In this document: one piece after another, positions 12,695-24,164 of the stretch
How the letters are laid out: each line of letters starts with the position of its first letter
How positions within the stretch are numbered: position 1 is the stretch's first letter
Assembly (NCBI RefSeq): GCF_052425735.1
Contig: NC_135758.1
Span: 12,524,001-12,588,000 of the forward strand
Direction of reading: 5' to 3'
Length of the DNA stretch: 64,000 nt
From: Oculina patagonica
Taxonomy: Eukaryota
The notes under the pieces: model-generated
What the model saw: the letters and a program-made list of their open reading frames with translations, nothing else
The model's database searches: none
What the model was told of the DNA's origin: nothing
Position numbers and translations under genes: made by a program

Positions 12695-12913
12695 AATAAC
12701 TTCAACACAAAAGAATCTTCTTCAAACAAAGCCGCGATCTTTTGATCGAAGCCGTAACAAAAGATTTTGTTTCGTCGTCCGCATCATCATCGCCGTCACA
12801 TGTGCCAAACCGGCATCGAAGAGTTTCTCCGCTGGATTTCTGGGCTTTGAAGATCAACAGTAAGAAGTTGCAAGCAAATCAAGTTTTCCGTGAGATCTCA
12901 AGCTGATACTAAG
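12695..12913 (+). other. Putative 5' non-coding exon of ZF1 (start approximate)
   Basis: Homologous to 35915-36144 and 53860-54064; all three end AAATCAAGTTTTCC...AAG|GTAAG. Confidence 0.6.
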
Positions 12914-13851
12914 GTAAGTTGCACGTTTATCAGGAGTAGAAACAACAGAAAATTTAAATTGAATATTCAAAGTCACTGTCGCTGTTGACGATCACGCTTC
13001 GGGATGTGTATTTGCCGTAGTGTATTTTTAAGATCACGAATGTAAGATATACGGCTTTCATAATTAGTGGAATATCAGATATCTTCTCAAGGTTCTTTCA
13101 GTTAACCATGTAAAACCGAAAATCGCATTTCTATGCAGTTTTCTCTCATTTTTACCTGGCCAAATCGGGTCATAAATAAGTCATTTTGTTAGCAACGTGT
13201 GATGACTTGCCAGTACGGACTCACTTTAATTTAGGCTTTTAAAATTAGGAATTGAAAATCACAAATAGAAGAGGATATTATTAAAGGAGCGATCTCACGA
13301 GTCTCTCACGGACAACGAATCTTGAAAAAAGCGGAAATTTTTATTTCAAGCCACTCAACAAAACGTCCAGTCACGTTTTGGACACAACGAAAATTGACAA
13401 AAATTGGTCTTGATGCCTATTTATATTGCTTTTATTTTCATGTAATTTATTTATTTTCTATTGTTATATTTTTACGGCAATTTGCATACGATTTCGATCG
13501 GAACTTGGTCACTCATTTCAGCGAGGCGAGGCGGGCGCTTGGAGGCGAAGGTAATGCATGAGCGAGCGTTGAATAATTTTCTTTTCGAGTATTTGGCCTA
13601 GAAGTCGCAAACGTGAGGGTGCGGGAGGAAAAAGAAAAAAAAGTCTGCCTTCAAAGTCTAGTAGAAATTACGAAACGTCCACTAATTTACTAGTTGGCCT
13701 TGATCGCTTTTCCGGTGTCACAGCGGATTTTGACCCCCCGCCAATTTTGACTCCCCGGACCAAATCCGCTAGCGGATATTGACCCCCCGGTCAATAGCGG
13801 ATATTGACCCCCCTTCGCCGATTTTGACCCCCCTAAACAATTGTTATTTAA

Positions 13852-14777
13852 AGGAGGTTCCTCCAGATGCCAGTATTTTTACGCCAATAAAAAGTTTATG
13901 CAAAGATATGTTATTCACCAAAATTCAGCTTCTAACGAGCGCTAAACCCTACGAATCCTCGAGTAGCCCACCGACGGCCGCCCGAAGTAATATGCGTGAC
14001 GTCAGAGCCAGCTAATGAGGTATCCACTCCTTTGTGTGTTTGTCATGCCTGCGCCCACAGAGCCAGAAAAAAAAGGTATTTCCGTTCACCGCAAGAACAG
14101 ATTTTCCGCCATGCCTCAGTAACATCCCGACCCTCATCTCTTCCGCCGGTCCCGAGGAATCATGTTACCAATTTGAGAGAAGCGGAGCAAGACAACACAA
14201 AATCATCGTCGCACCCCCCACGTCGCTTTTTTCGCATCACTTTTACGCCGGACGTGAAAAAGCCGAGGACTACAGTTTCGAGCAAAAAATTACTTTTGCA
14301 CAAAGCCGGACCCGACCGCCCCCAGGGTTTAAAAGTAGAGTTTTACCCGGCGTCCGTTTCGGGACCCGCGTCAAAACGACGAAACAGAAGTTGTAAAAAT
14401 CTCCCTAAATAAAAAACTATTTTTCCCCTTTCACTCAGGAGACGTATCTCGAAGATCTACAAATTTTATGTCCGCTTGCAGGAATTTTCTTTCGCCCACA
14501 TAATCCACGGAGCTTTTCTAGAATGAAAGAGAGGTTTCCGGAGCGTTTGAGAAAGGAGCAACAGGATTGAAAAAAAAGAGTTTTGATATCCTTCAGGCTG
14601 AGCTTGACGTCACGCATACATCAGCTCCAAGATGGCGGCGTAGTTGTCGATTTTGGGCACTAGAGAAAGATTCGTAGGGTTTAGCGCTCGTTGAAGTGAA
14701 ATTTTGTGAATAAATATTTTTTTAAACTTTTTTTGGCGTAAAGAAAATAAACGGCCATTCTGGAGTGAACTTCTCCT
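13852..14777. mobile_element. Kolobok-like non-autonomous element
   Basis: TTAA|AGGAG...CTCCT|TTAA with long imperfect TIRs (GAGCGCTAAACCCTACGAATC and its reverse complement); a related fragment lies at ~44540-44640. Confidence 0.7.
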
Positions 14778-15137
14778 TTAAGCTTTGTTTCCCTCTTACT
14801 CAGTCAATACTCAGTAAACTTGCAAGCTTTTTTTCAACGTTCCCTCGAATGACAACACAAAACTTGTTATAATTCTGCCATATTTATTATAGTAAATAAA
14901 GTAACTTCTTATAATAGCGATGCAATTTTCCGTTCTTTGCAGGCCTCTAAATTATTACAGAATTTTACTATAATTCATCGCAAAGCTTGCCGTAAACAAA
15001 GGACCTGACTAAAGACAGCGTCTAACTAGGGATCCTGCTAACAATGAATCGAAATCGTTAATCTTGTTTGAGTTGCGGCTTTAAAATAGCTCTAAAATGA
15101 TTTTTTCAAAAATTACTCTCTCAGTCTTAATCAACGT

Positions 15138-15258
15138 TAGCCTCCCACGCAGTCGTTCTTAGGGGCGATCGCGTTACACTCCTCCCCACGAACGGCGTAC
15201 GCGTTCGTGGGGAGGAGTGTAACGCGATCGCCCCTAAGAACGACTGCGTGGGAGGCTA
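15138..15258. mobile_element. Palindromic AcademH-type MITE
   Basis: Near-perfect 121-bp palindrome TAGCCTCCC...GGGAGGCTA with an exact 9-bp TSD AATCAACGT. Confidence 0.85.
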
Positions 15259-15538
15259 AATCAACGTCGATATGAAACAAATTCTAAATTCTTATTTTTT
15301 TAATTACGCCTTAACATGAACAAAAACAGATGCAACTAACGGTAACCCAAAGTCTTAGAAAAACGCGAACTCCGTTGTATTCTTGTTTTATGCGCGCTCT
15401 AATATTGAAATCTTTTTATTTCAAGTTTTCAACTTTTAACAAAGCTTATGCTACAAAAAACACTTCTTACGCTGTAAAAGTCGAGAAAACTGCTCTTTGT
15501 TTTATACGGCCTTATGCGCCTTCTGGCGCAAAGAGACG

Positions 15539-15577
<39 letters not shown>
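15539..15577. repeat. (GAT)n microsatellite
   Basis: Read directly. Confidence 0.95.
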
Positions 15578-15578
<1 letters not shown>

Positions 15579-16999
15579 AAACTGTTTTAACGTCGGAAGC
15601 TATTTAGAAGAAATCTATTGTCTAAAGAAATGAGAATTTTTTTTTTTAAAATTTTTTTAAAAACAAAAAGAAAACAATGTAATTAGAGTCCAGTAATCTT
15701 ATTGTCCTGTATCTTTTCAGGTTTATGTAAATTCACTCAACCGAACATTTATTCTAATAAACTAATTTGACACTGGGACTTGTTTGCCACCTCTTTTATT
15801 CGGTTTTCAGACTATACAGGCCCGTAGCCTGTTTTTGCCTGGGTAGGTTGTTTTCTCTTAAGGAACCAAAGACAGATCGTGACACAAATGCATCTCAAAG
15901 TTGACTCCACTGATTTGAATATATATTGCAGGCCCGTCTAACAAACCAGCTTTTCAACAAGTTCTGAGAATTCGGAAGGGTAGGCCCTTAAGAAAAACGC
16001 TTAAAATTTAATTCTAGGGGGTATGCAAAAGTCTCATTTTTTTTAAAGCCATCAACATCTGCATGTTGTGACAACTAAATGCTAGAGTTTATCGATGGGG
16101 AAAGTCGCTTGTCTAACCTTGCCCTTCTATGCATCCATTATGATACCCCTCATCCTCGGAGACCCAGGGGCAGTTAGTGGGGCGAAACGAAGAAATAAAC
16201 CGGGCAAAATCGTCGCGACAAAAGTTTTCAAGAACGGCACGAAGTGCCCCTGGGCAACGAGTCTCTCCAAACCATTTCCAAACGGCTCTCCGAATGCTGG
16301 CTCCCGATTGGCAGAAAAAAACCTTTGTATTATTCTGCCCAATCGGCGAGCAGTAACTTGGGAATCACTTTCGTGTGTTCTTACACGCCGCCTACTGTGT
16401 CGGCCATACTTTTTCGTTCGCCAAAGCTCCGCTGCATGCGAGGGAAATTTCCATCTAGCTTACATCAGATAGCTAAAAAAAATCAAGGAATCTTTTCCGA
16501 TGTCAATTCAAGGAGAAAAATATTTCAAGATCGTCGGGAAAATTTTCGTTTGGACTGACCAGAGGTATCGTAAATACTGGCTTGTTTATCGATCGCCCGC
16601 TCGATCGATTAAGCTTGAAGGTTTCAAATTATTTTCTTATCCGAGCTTCTTATTTTGATAGTATCGCTGTTTGAGGCTTGTACATTTGGATTCGCCTTTC
16701 CTCACATTTTTCTCGGCTAACTGGAACTTTCCCGTATTGTGTGGACCAGACAAGTATGCCAAACAGTATCTACATTATGAAACAGCTAAGGTATTTTATG
16801 GGCTGATCCAAATTTTTCTGTAGATCGATCTGTATATATTTTACATAGGCAAGATTCCTGCACAACCCCATACATACTGTGCGGAAATCTTACCCAGTCT
16901 TATACTTTGATAGCATGTTGAACACTCAAGACAGGAGTTTGTTCAACAACAAAAAAACTCTTACTTTTAAGACTGTCTCTTCTATTTATTGAAACAGTC

Positions 17000-19900
17000 A
17001 TGTAACTCGGTCAACGTTTGAAACAAAACAATCTTGACTTGATTTCAGCACTTCGTTGTACATACTTTCTTGAAACTCCTTTAATAAAACTTAGTGCTTT
17101 TTCTTTCACCCTATTTTACATTTCTGACATCAAAGGGAAAACTTTGAAATCATACTTCCCAAGTTCTGTGGGCACTATTGTCCAGTCACATTCTTCTGTA
17201 CAGACACCACAACATATTGGCTGCGGTCACATCTAGACTACTAGGGACTAGATACCTGGACGGCACCTTGAGGACGGTGGAGGACGGGAATTTCGCGAGG
17301 AGGACTAGGTTGATGTCGACGTTCTTGGCGGGAACCCCGTTAAGAGCCGCGGGAACGGAGGACGGCCGAGTGGACATATTCCAGCCCAACTGGAAGAACG
17401 AACATTTGGCGCCACCCAAAATCTGGGACCAGAAAGCACTATTCACGGTACAATCCAAACACAAGAAGAAAGTCTCCGCAGGCCGCCAGCGAGCACAGCA
17501 AATATCGCAACCGCAAATAAACTTGACTCTTACTTTTTTATAGTACCCAAAAATCTATAAAGGACCACCTAACAGAGAAAGAAAAAAAAATGAGATAAAC
17601 GAAATCGCAAAGCACTCCCGTCACTAGTGGACGGCAACTCTACTTTTCACGTCCCGACAACAGCTGGACGGAGGGAGGGGAAGGAGCGAATATAGGCACA
17701 CGCGAAATCTCCGCGCCGCCCAGGCCCGCCGAGCGCCCAGGACTAAGTCCCAGTACTAACTATAGTTAGGACGGCGTTAAGGCGGGGGAACCTTAGGCCA
17801 TCATATGTATTTAAAGATGCGAGACCACCGACAACTACGAGATTTATGACTGGAAAAAAATATGGGCGCGTGCGCGTGATTTGTAAAAATCCCTGTTTCT
17901 TATTTTTACCATTTACAACACTTAGCGATATACGCATTAGATTGTAGGAAGTTTGAGACATATTAATTTCGCAACTCAGAGTACAAAATTTGCTACATCG
18001 TGACTTTAAAAACGCATTGTTCTCACCAAAAAGCGTGGAATAATACCATATACATCCCGTGGGACCGGCAAAGTTTGACCGAAGAGACAATGCCAAAAGT
18101 ATGAATATGTAAAGAAGCGGAATCAAAGAGCGGAGAGAGGAGAAAAATGCGCCACCGCCAAACTGCTAAAATCCCTCTGACCCTAGAGTAGACTATTAGT
18201 TTTTGAAAGAACAGTGGACCGTCCGCCCCGGCACCGAGGCCCCGATGCCACCAAAAAAAGATACCACATCCTTCGCCCCAACAGTAGAAGGATGGGCTAT
18301 GTAGACCCCGCGACACAGGTGTTTGACCCCGCCGAACGGAGGAAGAAGAAGCCGCGGCGAACGAAGGGAGGAAAAAAAGCAAGAAAAAAGTTCTCCGTCA
18401 GCATCCTACTATCCGCGCGGAAAAAAGAAAAAAAGAGGAATGAACAAAAAGGCATGAAAACAAAACCCGACACACAGGAGGGACGGGAGACTACTGGGCA
18501 CAGGCGTATTTAGTTACGTCGTAGATGTGACCGCAGCCATTGTTTTTTACCTGAAAGACTTCCTTAACTAGTATCTTCAAAGAAAGCAAGAACTATTTGT
18601 TTTTTTCTACAAGAGGTAGACTTAAGATACTGAAACATTTCAGGTTCACGGTGCTGAAGGTTTATCCCATATCACGAAATAATAGAAGTGCCTCAGATGG
18701 CTGAACATTTCTACCTCCCTCTTCCAATTCTTGCACATATGATTAAATCACAGGGAGACTCATAGTTGATGCTATGAGGCAATCCCTTATGTTCACACCT
18801 ATTCCAAGAGGATTTGTTGCAATTACAATTCTGACTTTACCAATCAGGATCCTTGAGTGATTGCAACACATGCTTTTGAATAGAGGGTGAAGTGCTGTTG
18901 TGGTACATTGACACCATTCCTTTCACAGACTTCTTTCCAGCACCATCTGGGTAGTGTGTTTTGTCCGATAAAGTTCCCATGAAAACTGATTTGTACAGTT
19001 CACTGCACATTTTTAAATCTGTTACATATATTAAGGTTTGTGGACATCTGATTCTGTTTTTTTCAGTTTTTGGCTAAGTTAACAAAGGTGTTGCTTCACA
19101 TTGCATGTGGTATTAAACTGGGTATATCGATAGTCTGCAAAGTGTCCCGGAGTTCAATTTCAAGTGTAATTGCCTCTTTCTGGAAATTCAATTTAGAATG
19201 TGAAAATTCTGGGGTTCAGTTTTGGTTCAAGGATTTCTTTGGGCTTTGTTTGAAGTCCTAAGGAATTTTTGGGGTTTTAAGTTTTGACCCCATACAATCA
19301 TCCCCATTACTTGAAGTCCCAATTACCCACCCTGGACTCACCCCAAGAAAATGTAAGAACTAGCACCTTCCCTTTTCCCTGCTGGATAAATAAATGAAAT
19401 TAGGTGTTACTGGTATTGAAATAAAGAAAACAAGAAGTCAGTCTTAAAATGTGTAATAATATTTTCTTTTACATACTGATGCAAATTACCAGTGGCTTGT
19501 ATATTTCTTTGTATTTAATGACTACACAGCAGGCATATGTACATTATGCTGCTTGTAAATTCACTTAACACCACTTTGGCTTGACAGTAGGCTGTGTTAT
19601 CTTCTTGCCACCTTGCACAATGAAGTGCATGAGCTACATAACAGCAAAGTTTTATCTGTATATTTGGTTGGTACACAATTCAACTAAACTGGACTACGGG
19701 GTGAACTTTGTCACAGACAACAGCAACTACATTCTGCCTGTAATGTCGCGTTGCAAAACAATTTTGCAAATCTTAGCCTTTCCTTGTCACTTTCTTCAAT
19801 GAATGCAGCTTCCAAGAAAGAACTAACCTGATCTTTAACAATGGAGAAACCCTATACGTACAGAACTCCAATTCTATAAAGGCCATGCAAATCTGAAAAG

Positions 19901-20084
19901 TCAATCTTTCGCCAAAAAGTATCCGATAGCTAGTGCAGCAAATACATCCTTCCCAACAACATTTCCATTAATCAATTTCTGCTCAGGTTTAAGATCGTAG
20001 AAAAAATTAATAACATGGAAAAATATTTAAACTTTTGACAATCCCTTCTTTGATGTGAGTGCTTGTTGGAACAATGTCAACCAT
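17000..20084 (-). pseudogene. Degenerate RecQ-like SF2 helicase (3' end approximate)
   Basis: Minus-strand fragments in RecQ order: LKPEQ, KDVFAALAIGY (motif I region), VSPLL-KDQV (Ia), PQTLIYV (IV), MYHNSTS, GKVRIVIATNPLGIGVN (V, 18791-18841), YVQE..GGR (VI), SCR and CCGVC (Zn domain). Many stops and frameshifts. Confidence 0.8.
17219..18538. mobile_element. PIF/Harbinger-group non-autonomous element inserted in the helicase remnant
   Basis: 17-bp TIR GGCTGCGGTCACATCTA with a 3-bp TSD ATT; removing it rejoins the helicase C-terminus to the CCGVC motif. Confidence 0.8.
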
Positions 20085-21382
20085 TTTCAGAAAAATGTTA
20101 TGGCTTCGCCCGTACAAGAACATTTAAATACCTGTCACGATGCGATGCATTGGCATGTTAGGCATACTTGTCTGGTCTGTGCACCAAAGAAAATCCACGC
20201 AATACGGGAAAGTTCCAGTTAGCCGAGAAAAATGTAAGGAAAGGCTAGAATCCATTATGTACAAGCCTCAAATAGCGATACTATCAAAATAAGAAGCTCG
20301 GATAAGAAAATAATTTGAAACCTTCAAGCTCAATCGAGCGGGCGATCGATAAACAAGCCAGTATTTACGATACCTCTGGTCAGTCCAAACGAAAATTTTC
20401 CCGACGATCTTGAAATATCTTTCTCCTTGAATTGACATCGGAAAAGATTCCTTGATTTTTTTTAGCTATCTGATGTAAGCTAGATGGAAATTTCCCTCGC
20501 ATGCAGCGGAGCTTTGGTGAACGAACAAGTATGGCCGACACAGTAGGCGGCGTGTAAGAACACACGAAAGTGATTCCCAAGTTACTGCTCGCCGATTGGG
20601 CAGAATAATACAAAGGTTTTTTCCTGCCCAATCGGGAGCCAGCATTCGGAGAGCCGTTTGGAAATGGTCTGGAGAGACTCGTTGCCCAGGGGCACTTCGT
20701 GCCGTTCTTGAAAACTTTTGTCGCGACGATTTTGCCCGGTTTATTTCTTCGTTTCGCCCCACTAACTGCCCCTGGGTCTCCGAGGATGAGGGGTATCATA
20801 ATGGATGCATAGAAGGGCAAGGTTAGACAAGCGACTTTCCCCATCGATACTCGCATTTAGTTGTCACAACATGCAGATGTTGATGGCTTTAAAAATGAGA
20901 CTTTTGCATACTAGAATTAAATTTTGAGCGTTTTGCTTTAGCCTACCCTTCCGAATTCTCTGTACTTGTTGAAATTTGTTAGACGGGCTGCAATATATAT
21001 TCAAATCAGTGGAGTCAATTTGAGATGCATTTGTGTCACGATCTGTCTTTGGTTCTAGTCTGAAAACCGAAAAAGAGGGGAATACAAGTGAAAGGTTTAC
21101 TAGTTAATTCTGTTACAAATAACGTTAGTAAAAATGCTTTAATTGGTTTTTAAAAATTGTAACGACTATTTTTAAAAATTTATGTTGCCTAGTAAAATGC
21201 GTTTTTTTTATAATGTATATTTAGGTAATCGCTTTGTTTAATAATTTAAAAAAAAGTTCAACTACATTTTTACAGGGCTTGTTTACGTAAACTGGTGTTA
21301 GTGGGACCGCTGATCATTCGTGTACCTAGTAAGCAACGGAGGAGCACGGTGCACGTCCGCCGTCAGATGAGAGACAAGAGAC

Positions 21383-22747
21383 ATGGAAGCGTTGCCGGTC
21401 AATCCTTTTTCTGCTTCTGACTGTGACATGGAACGGTCGTCAGACACTCAAACCATTTCAAAAGCTCTACAATCGACTGGAGAAAAGAGATACTTGTGCA
21501 GTGAATGTCCTGAGAGGTTTGAAAACGCTATACTTCTCCGAAAACACTTTCTTTCCCATACGGCAAGCTTTGAAATGCCCTTCAAGTGTTCAGTGTGTGG
21601 GGAAGGCTTTCGGGATCCTTTATCCAAACGAAAACATCTTGCAAAGCACAAAATTGAAAGAAAGTTTAAATGTTCTAATTGCATACGGAGTTTCTATGAG
21701 ATGTCAGCACTTGAAAGTCATTCATGTCGCGGCTTTGTTCGTGCTCAGAACCAAAGCCCAAACAAACACGACAAGAAATCAAGACCCTTTAAGTGCAACC
21801 ATTGTGATAAAACCTTTGGTAGAAAGGATACACTTAAAGATCATTTGCCGATTCATTCCGAAGTAAAACAATTCATTTGCGACCTTTGTGGGAAGCAATA
21901 TGCACACAGAAGCGCTCTCCACAGACATAAACTGCTCCATAGTGGCATACAGTACACGCAAAAGAAACGCATCAATAAATCAAATAAAGACCCTACACGC
22001 TGTCGCTGCCAAGTCTGTGGTAAGCTCCTGTCCAGTTTGGGCGCCCTTCACACACACCAAAGAGTTCACACCGGGGAGAAACCCTACAAGTGTAAAGAAT
22101 GTGGAAAATGCTTTGCCCAAAGTTCGACACTCCTTGGACATTTAAGAACGCATAGAAGCCACCAGGAAAAGCCAAAGCCTTTTAAATGCAACGACTGTGA
22201 AAAAAGCTTTGCACGTGTCGCAGATTTTCACATCCATCAGCGTATCCACACCGGAGAGAAACCCTATAAATGCGATCAGTGTGATAAGCGTTTTCGACAT
22301 AGTTCGTCCCTTACTAAACACAAACTGGTCCACATACCCCTCGAATTTGGAGAAGAGAAGGCTGCAAGTAAGGGACTGAGACTTTACAAGTGTAAATATT
22401 GTGATAAAGTATTTAAATATAACTCAGCTTTGCGAAGGCACGAGCGAATTCACACAGGGGAAAAACCCTACAGATGTACTGACTGTAATAAATGTTTTTC
22501 ACGCAGTGATGATCTTAAAACACACCGAAACACTGTTCACGGTAATGGCGAAACACACGAGTGTTGGGTTTGTGGAAAGCATTTGAGTAGCTACCATAAA
22601 ATGGAATTGCACATATGTCTACACACAGGAGAACGAAAACATTCTTGTCCTGTGTGTGAAAAGGGATTCATCAGCTTAAGGGGTTTTAAACGACATATTC
22701 GATTGCATGAAAACGGCAATAAACACAGTCAAAAAGGACATGATTAA
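21383..22747 (+). CDS. C2H2 zinc-finger protein ZF1 (454 aa, ~13 fingers)
   Basis: Repeated CxxC...HxxxH with TGEKPY linkers; splice acceptor ttttacag at ~21275 upstream of the ATG. Confidence 0.93.
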   Translation: MEALPVNPFSASDCDMERSSDTQTISKALQSTGEKRYLCSECPERFENAILLRKHFLSHTASFEMPFKCSVCGEGFRDPLSKRKHLAKHKIERKFKCSNCIRSFYEMSALESHSCRGFVRAQNQSPNKHDKKSRPFKCNHCDKTFGRKDTLKDHLPIHSEVKQFICDLCGKQYAHRSALHRHKLLHSGIQYTQKKRINKSNKDPTRCRCQVCGKLLSSLGALHTHQRVHTGEKPYKCKECGKCFAQSSTLLGHLRTHRSHQEKPKPFKCNDCEKSFARVADFHIHQRIHTGEKPYKCDQCDKRFRHSSSLTKHKLVHIPLEFGEEKAASKGLRLYKCKYCDKVFKYNSALRRHERIHTGEKPYRCTDCNKCFSRSDDLKTHRNTVHGNGETHECWVCGKHLSSYHKMELHICLHTGERKHSCPVCEKGFISLRGFKRHIRLHENGNKHSQKGHD

Positions 22748-23742
22748 AATTCGTCCTCCACCGGCGAAATAGAATTTTGCTATTTCGATCCGCTCTGTTC
22801 ACCACTGCTCTCGAGCTATTCAGTTTTAGTACTCAGGGTTTGAATAGACTTGAAGATGATGATTTTATCGATTTTGTTATTTTTAAAAACAGGAGAAAGA
22901 CGAAGTCAACATGTTTATTTCTTTTCTTTCTCATTTTATTTTCAGAAGAGCTCGAGACTAAAGAGACTAAGGCTGTTTTTATCGAACGATTCCAAACGAT
23001 TCTATGAGAATATTTTTGTTGAGTTTGTTTGGAAATATCGATCTTAAAGGAAAAAAATTTCATTTCAGGCATCAAAATAATAAGCGCATAGGGTTTGGTG
23101 TTTAATATTCATCAAGACTGCTAGAAACTACTGCTGCTATTGTAAGGGAATTTCTTTTTGTATGTATAAAGTTAATAAAGTTGTTTTTGTTATAAAGATA
23201 ACCGTATCGCCGCATTGTTGGATCCTAAAAAATGTTTCATTCGGGCAGGCTCCGCTTCGAGGTTCAAATTCTTACCCTTAAGGACACCCTTTCATATACC
23301 CACAGAAGATATATTGCGCCCTCTTTCTTAAGTTTTTACTCGAGAAAACCTATAAAATAGCTAGATTAATCAGTCGTTTGGTGCATCTGTTCGAGATTTA
23401 TAGTTGACCCTACCCTTTCCTTTACCTCAGCTCATGAAATCGCTAGCCTTCCATTAACCTCCAGCCTTAAAAAGGTATCCCTTTTGGGCGGAGCCTCCCG
23501 TGTAGTCGATTATCGGAAGTACTCGGTTGAAAAACGTATTAAAACCTGGACAGTGAGCATAAGATGCATTGCATTCAGTTGTAGACAACTAAAATTCTTC
23601 GAGTGATTGCCATTGCATGTTTTGATGTTGGCTGCGAATTTTGTGTCACGCTAGAAAATATCCCTCAGCTAGTTGGCGATTTCAATATTCTTTTCAAATG
23701 GGCTGCTTGCCAATGCCTGGATATTGGAACAATAAATGGAAT

Positions 23743-24164
23743 ATGAAATGAATATATGAAATTCATATATTTGTACTGCGGATATACATTTTAAGCAAAT
23801 GAAAGATCATCGCAGTAATGTAGTCAACCTGAGTCAACTTAAGCAGTTGAGAAATGCAAGCCAGAAAAAAAAATCATGGGTTCGATTCCCGTTCAAGCCT
23901 GAATTATTTTCAGGCTTGCTTTTTTCAACTGCTTAAGTTGAGTACATTTCTGCGATGATCCTTCATCTTCTCCATCCACGTGTATATTACGACTTCACAA
24001 GTGACCAGCTCCAAGTTGGCTTGATAGCTCAGTTGATTAGAGCGCTGCAGTTCTGCAGTAGTATCGCAGTCATGGGTTCGATTCCCGTTCAAGCCTGAAT
24101 TTTTTTTCCGCCTCTGATAAGTTGAGAACATTACTGCGATGATCTTTCATTTAAAGAAAAAATA
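23743..24164 (+). mobile_element. Repeat with an internal tRNA-like Pol III cassette and inverted repeats
   Basis: A box (TAGCTCAGTTG) and B box (GGTTCGATTCC) at ~24024-24085. Inverted repeat AAATGAAAGATCATCGCAGTAATG at ~23797 and ~24153. Flanking direct repeat AATAAATGGAAT. Confidence 0.6.

Larger units (their letters stand above)
15790..21078. mobile_element. Large TIR element with ~1-kb inverted repeats and a RecQ-like helicase remnant (AcademH-like), in the ZF1 intron
   Basis: 15790-16760 is the reverse complement of 20161-21078 with small indels. The interior encodes decayed RecQ motifs. Outer ends and TSD are not resolved. Confidence 0.75.

Noticed and set aside
16095-16558. Duplicated ORFs MGKVACLTLPF... 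(also 20380-20856)
   Set aside because: They lie in the two inverted arms of the transposon, are frameshifted relative to each other and show no domain.
21423-22586. Alternative-frame and antisense ORFs over the ZF genes
   Set aside because: By-products of repetitive ZF codons.
24015-24095. Functional tRNA gene
   Set aside because: No convincing acceptor or anticodon stems, and it is embedded in a repeat. The same applies to the tRNA-like heads at ~50785 and ~59115.
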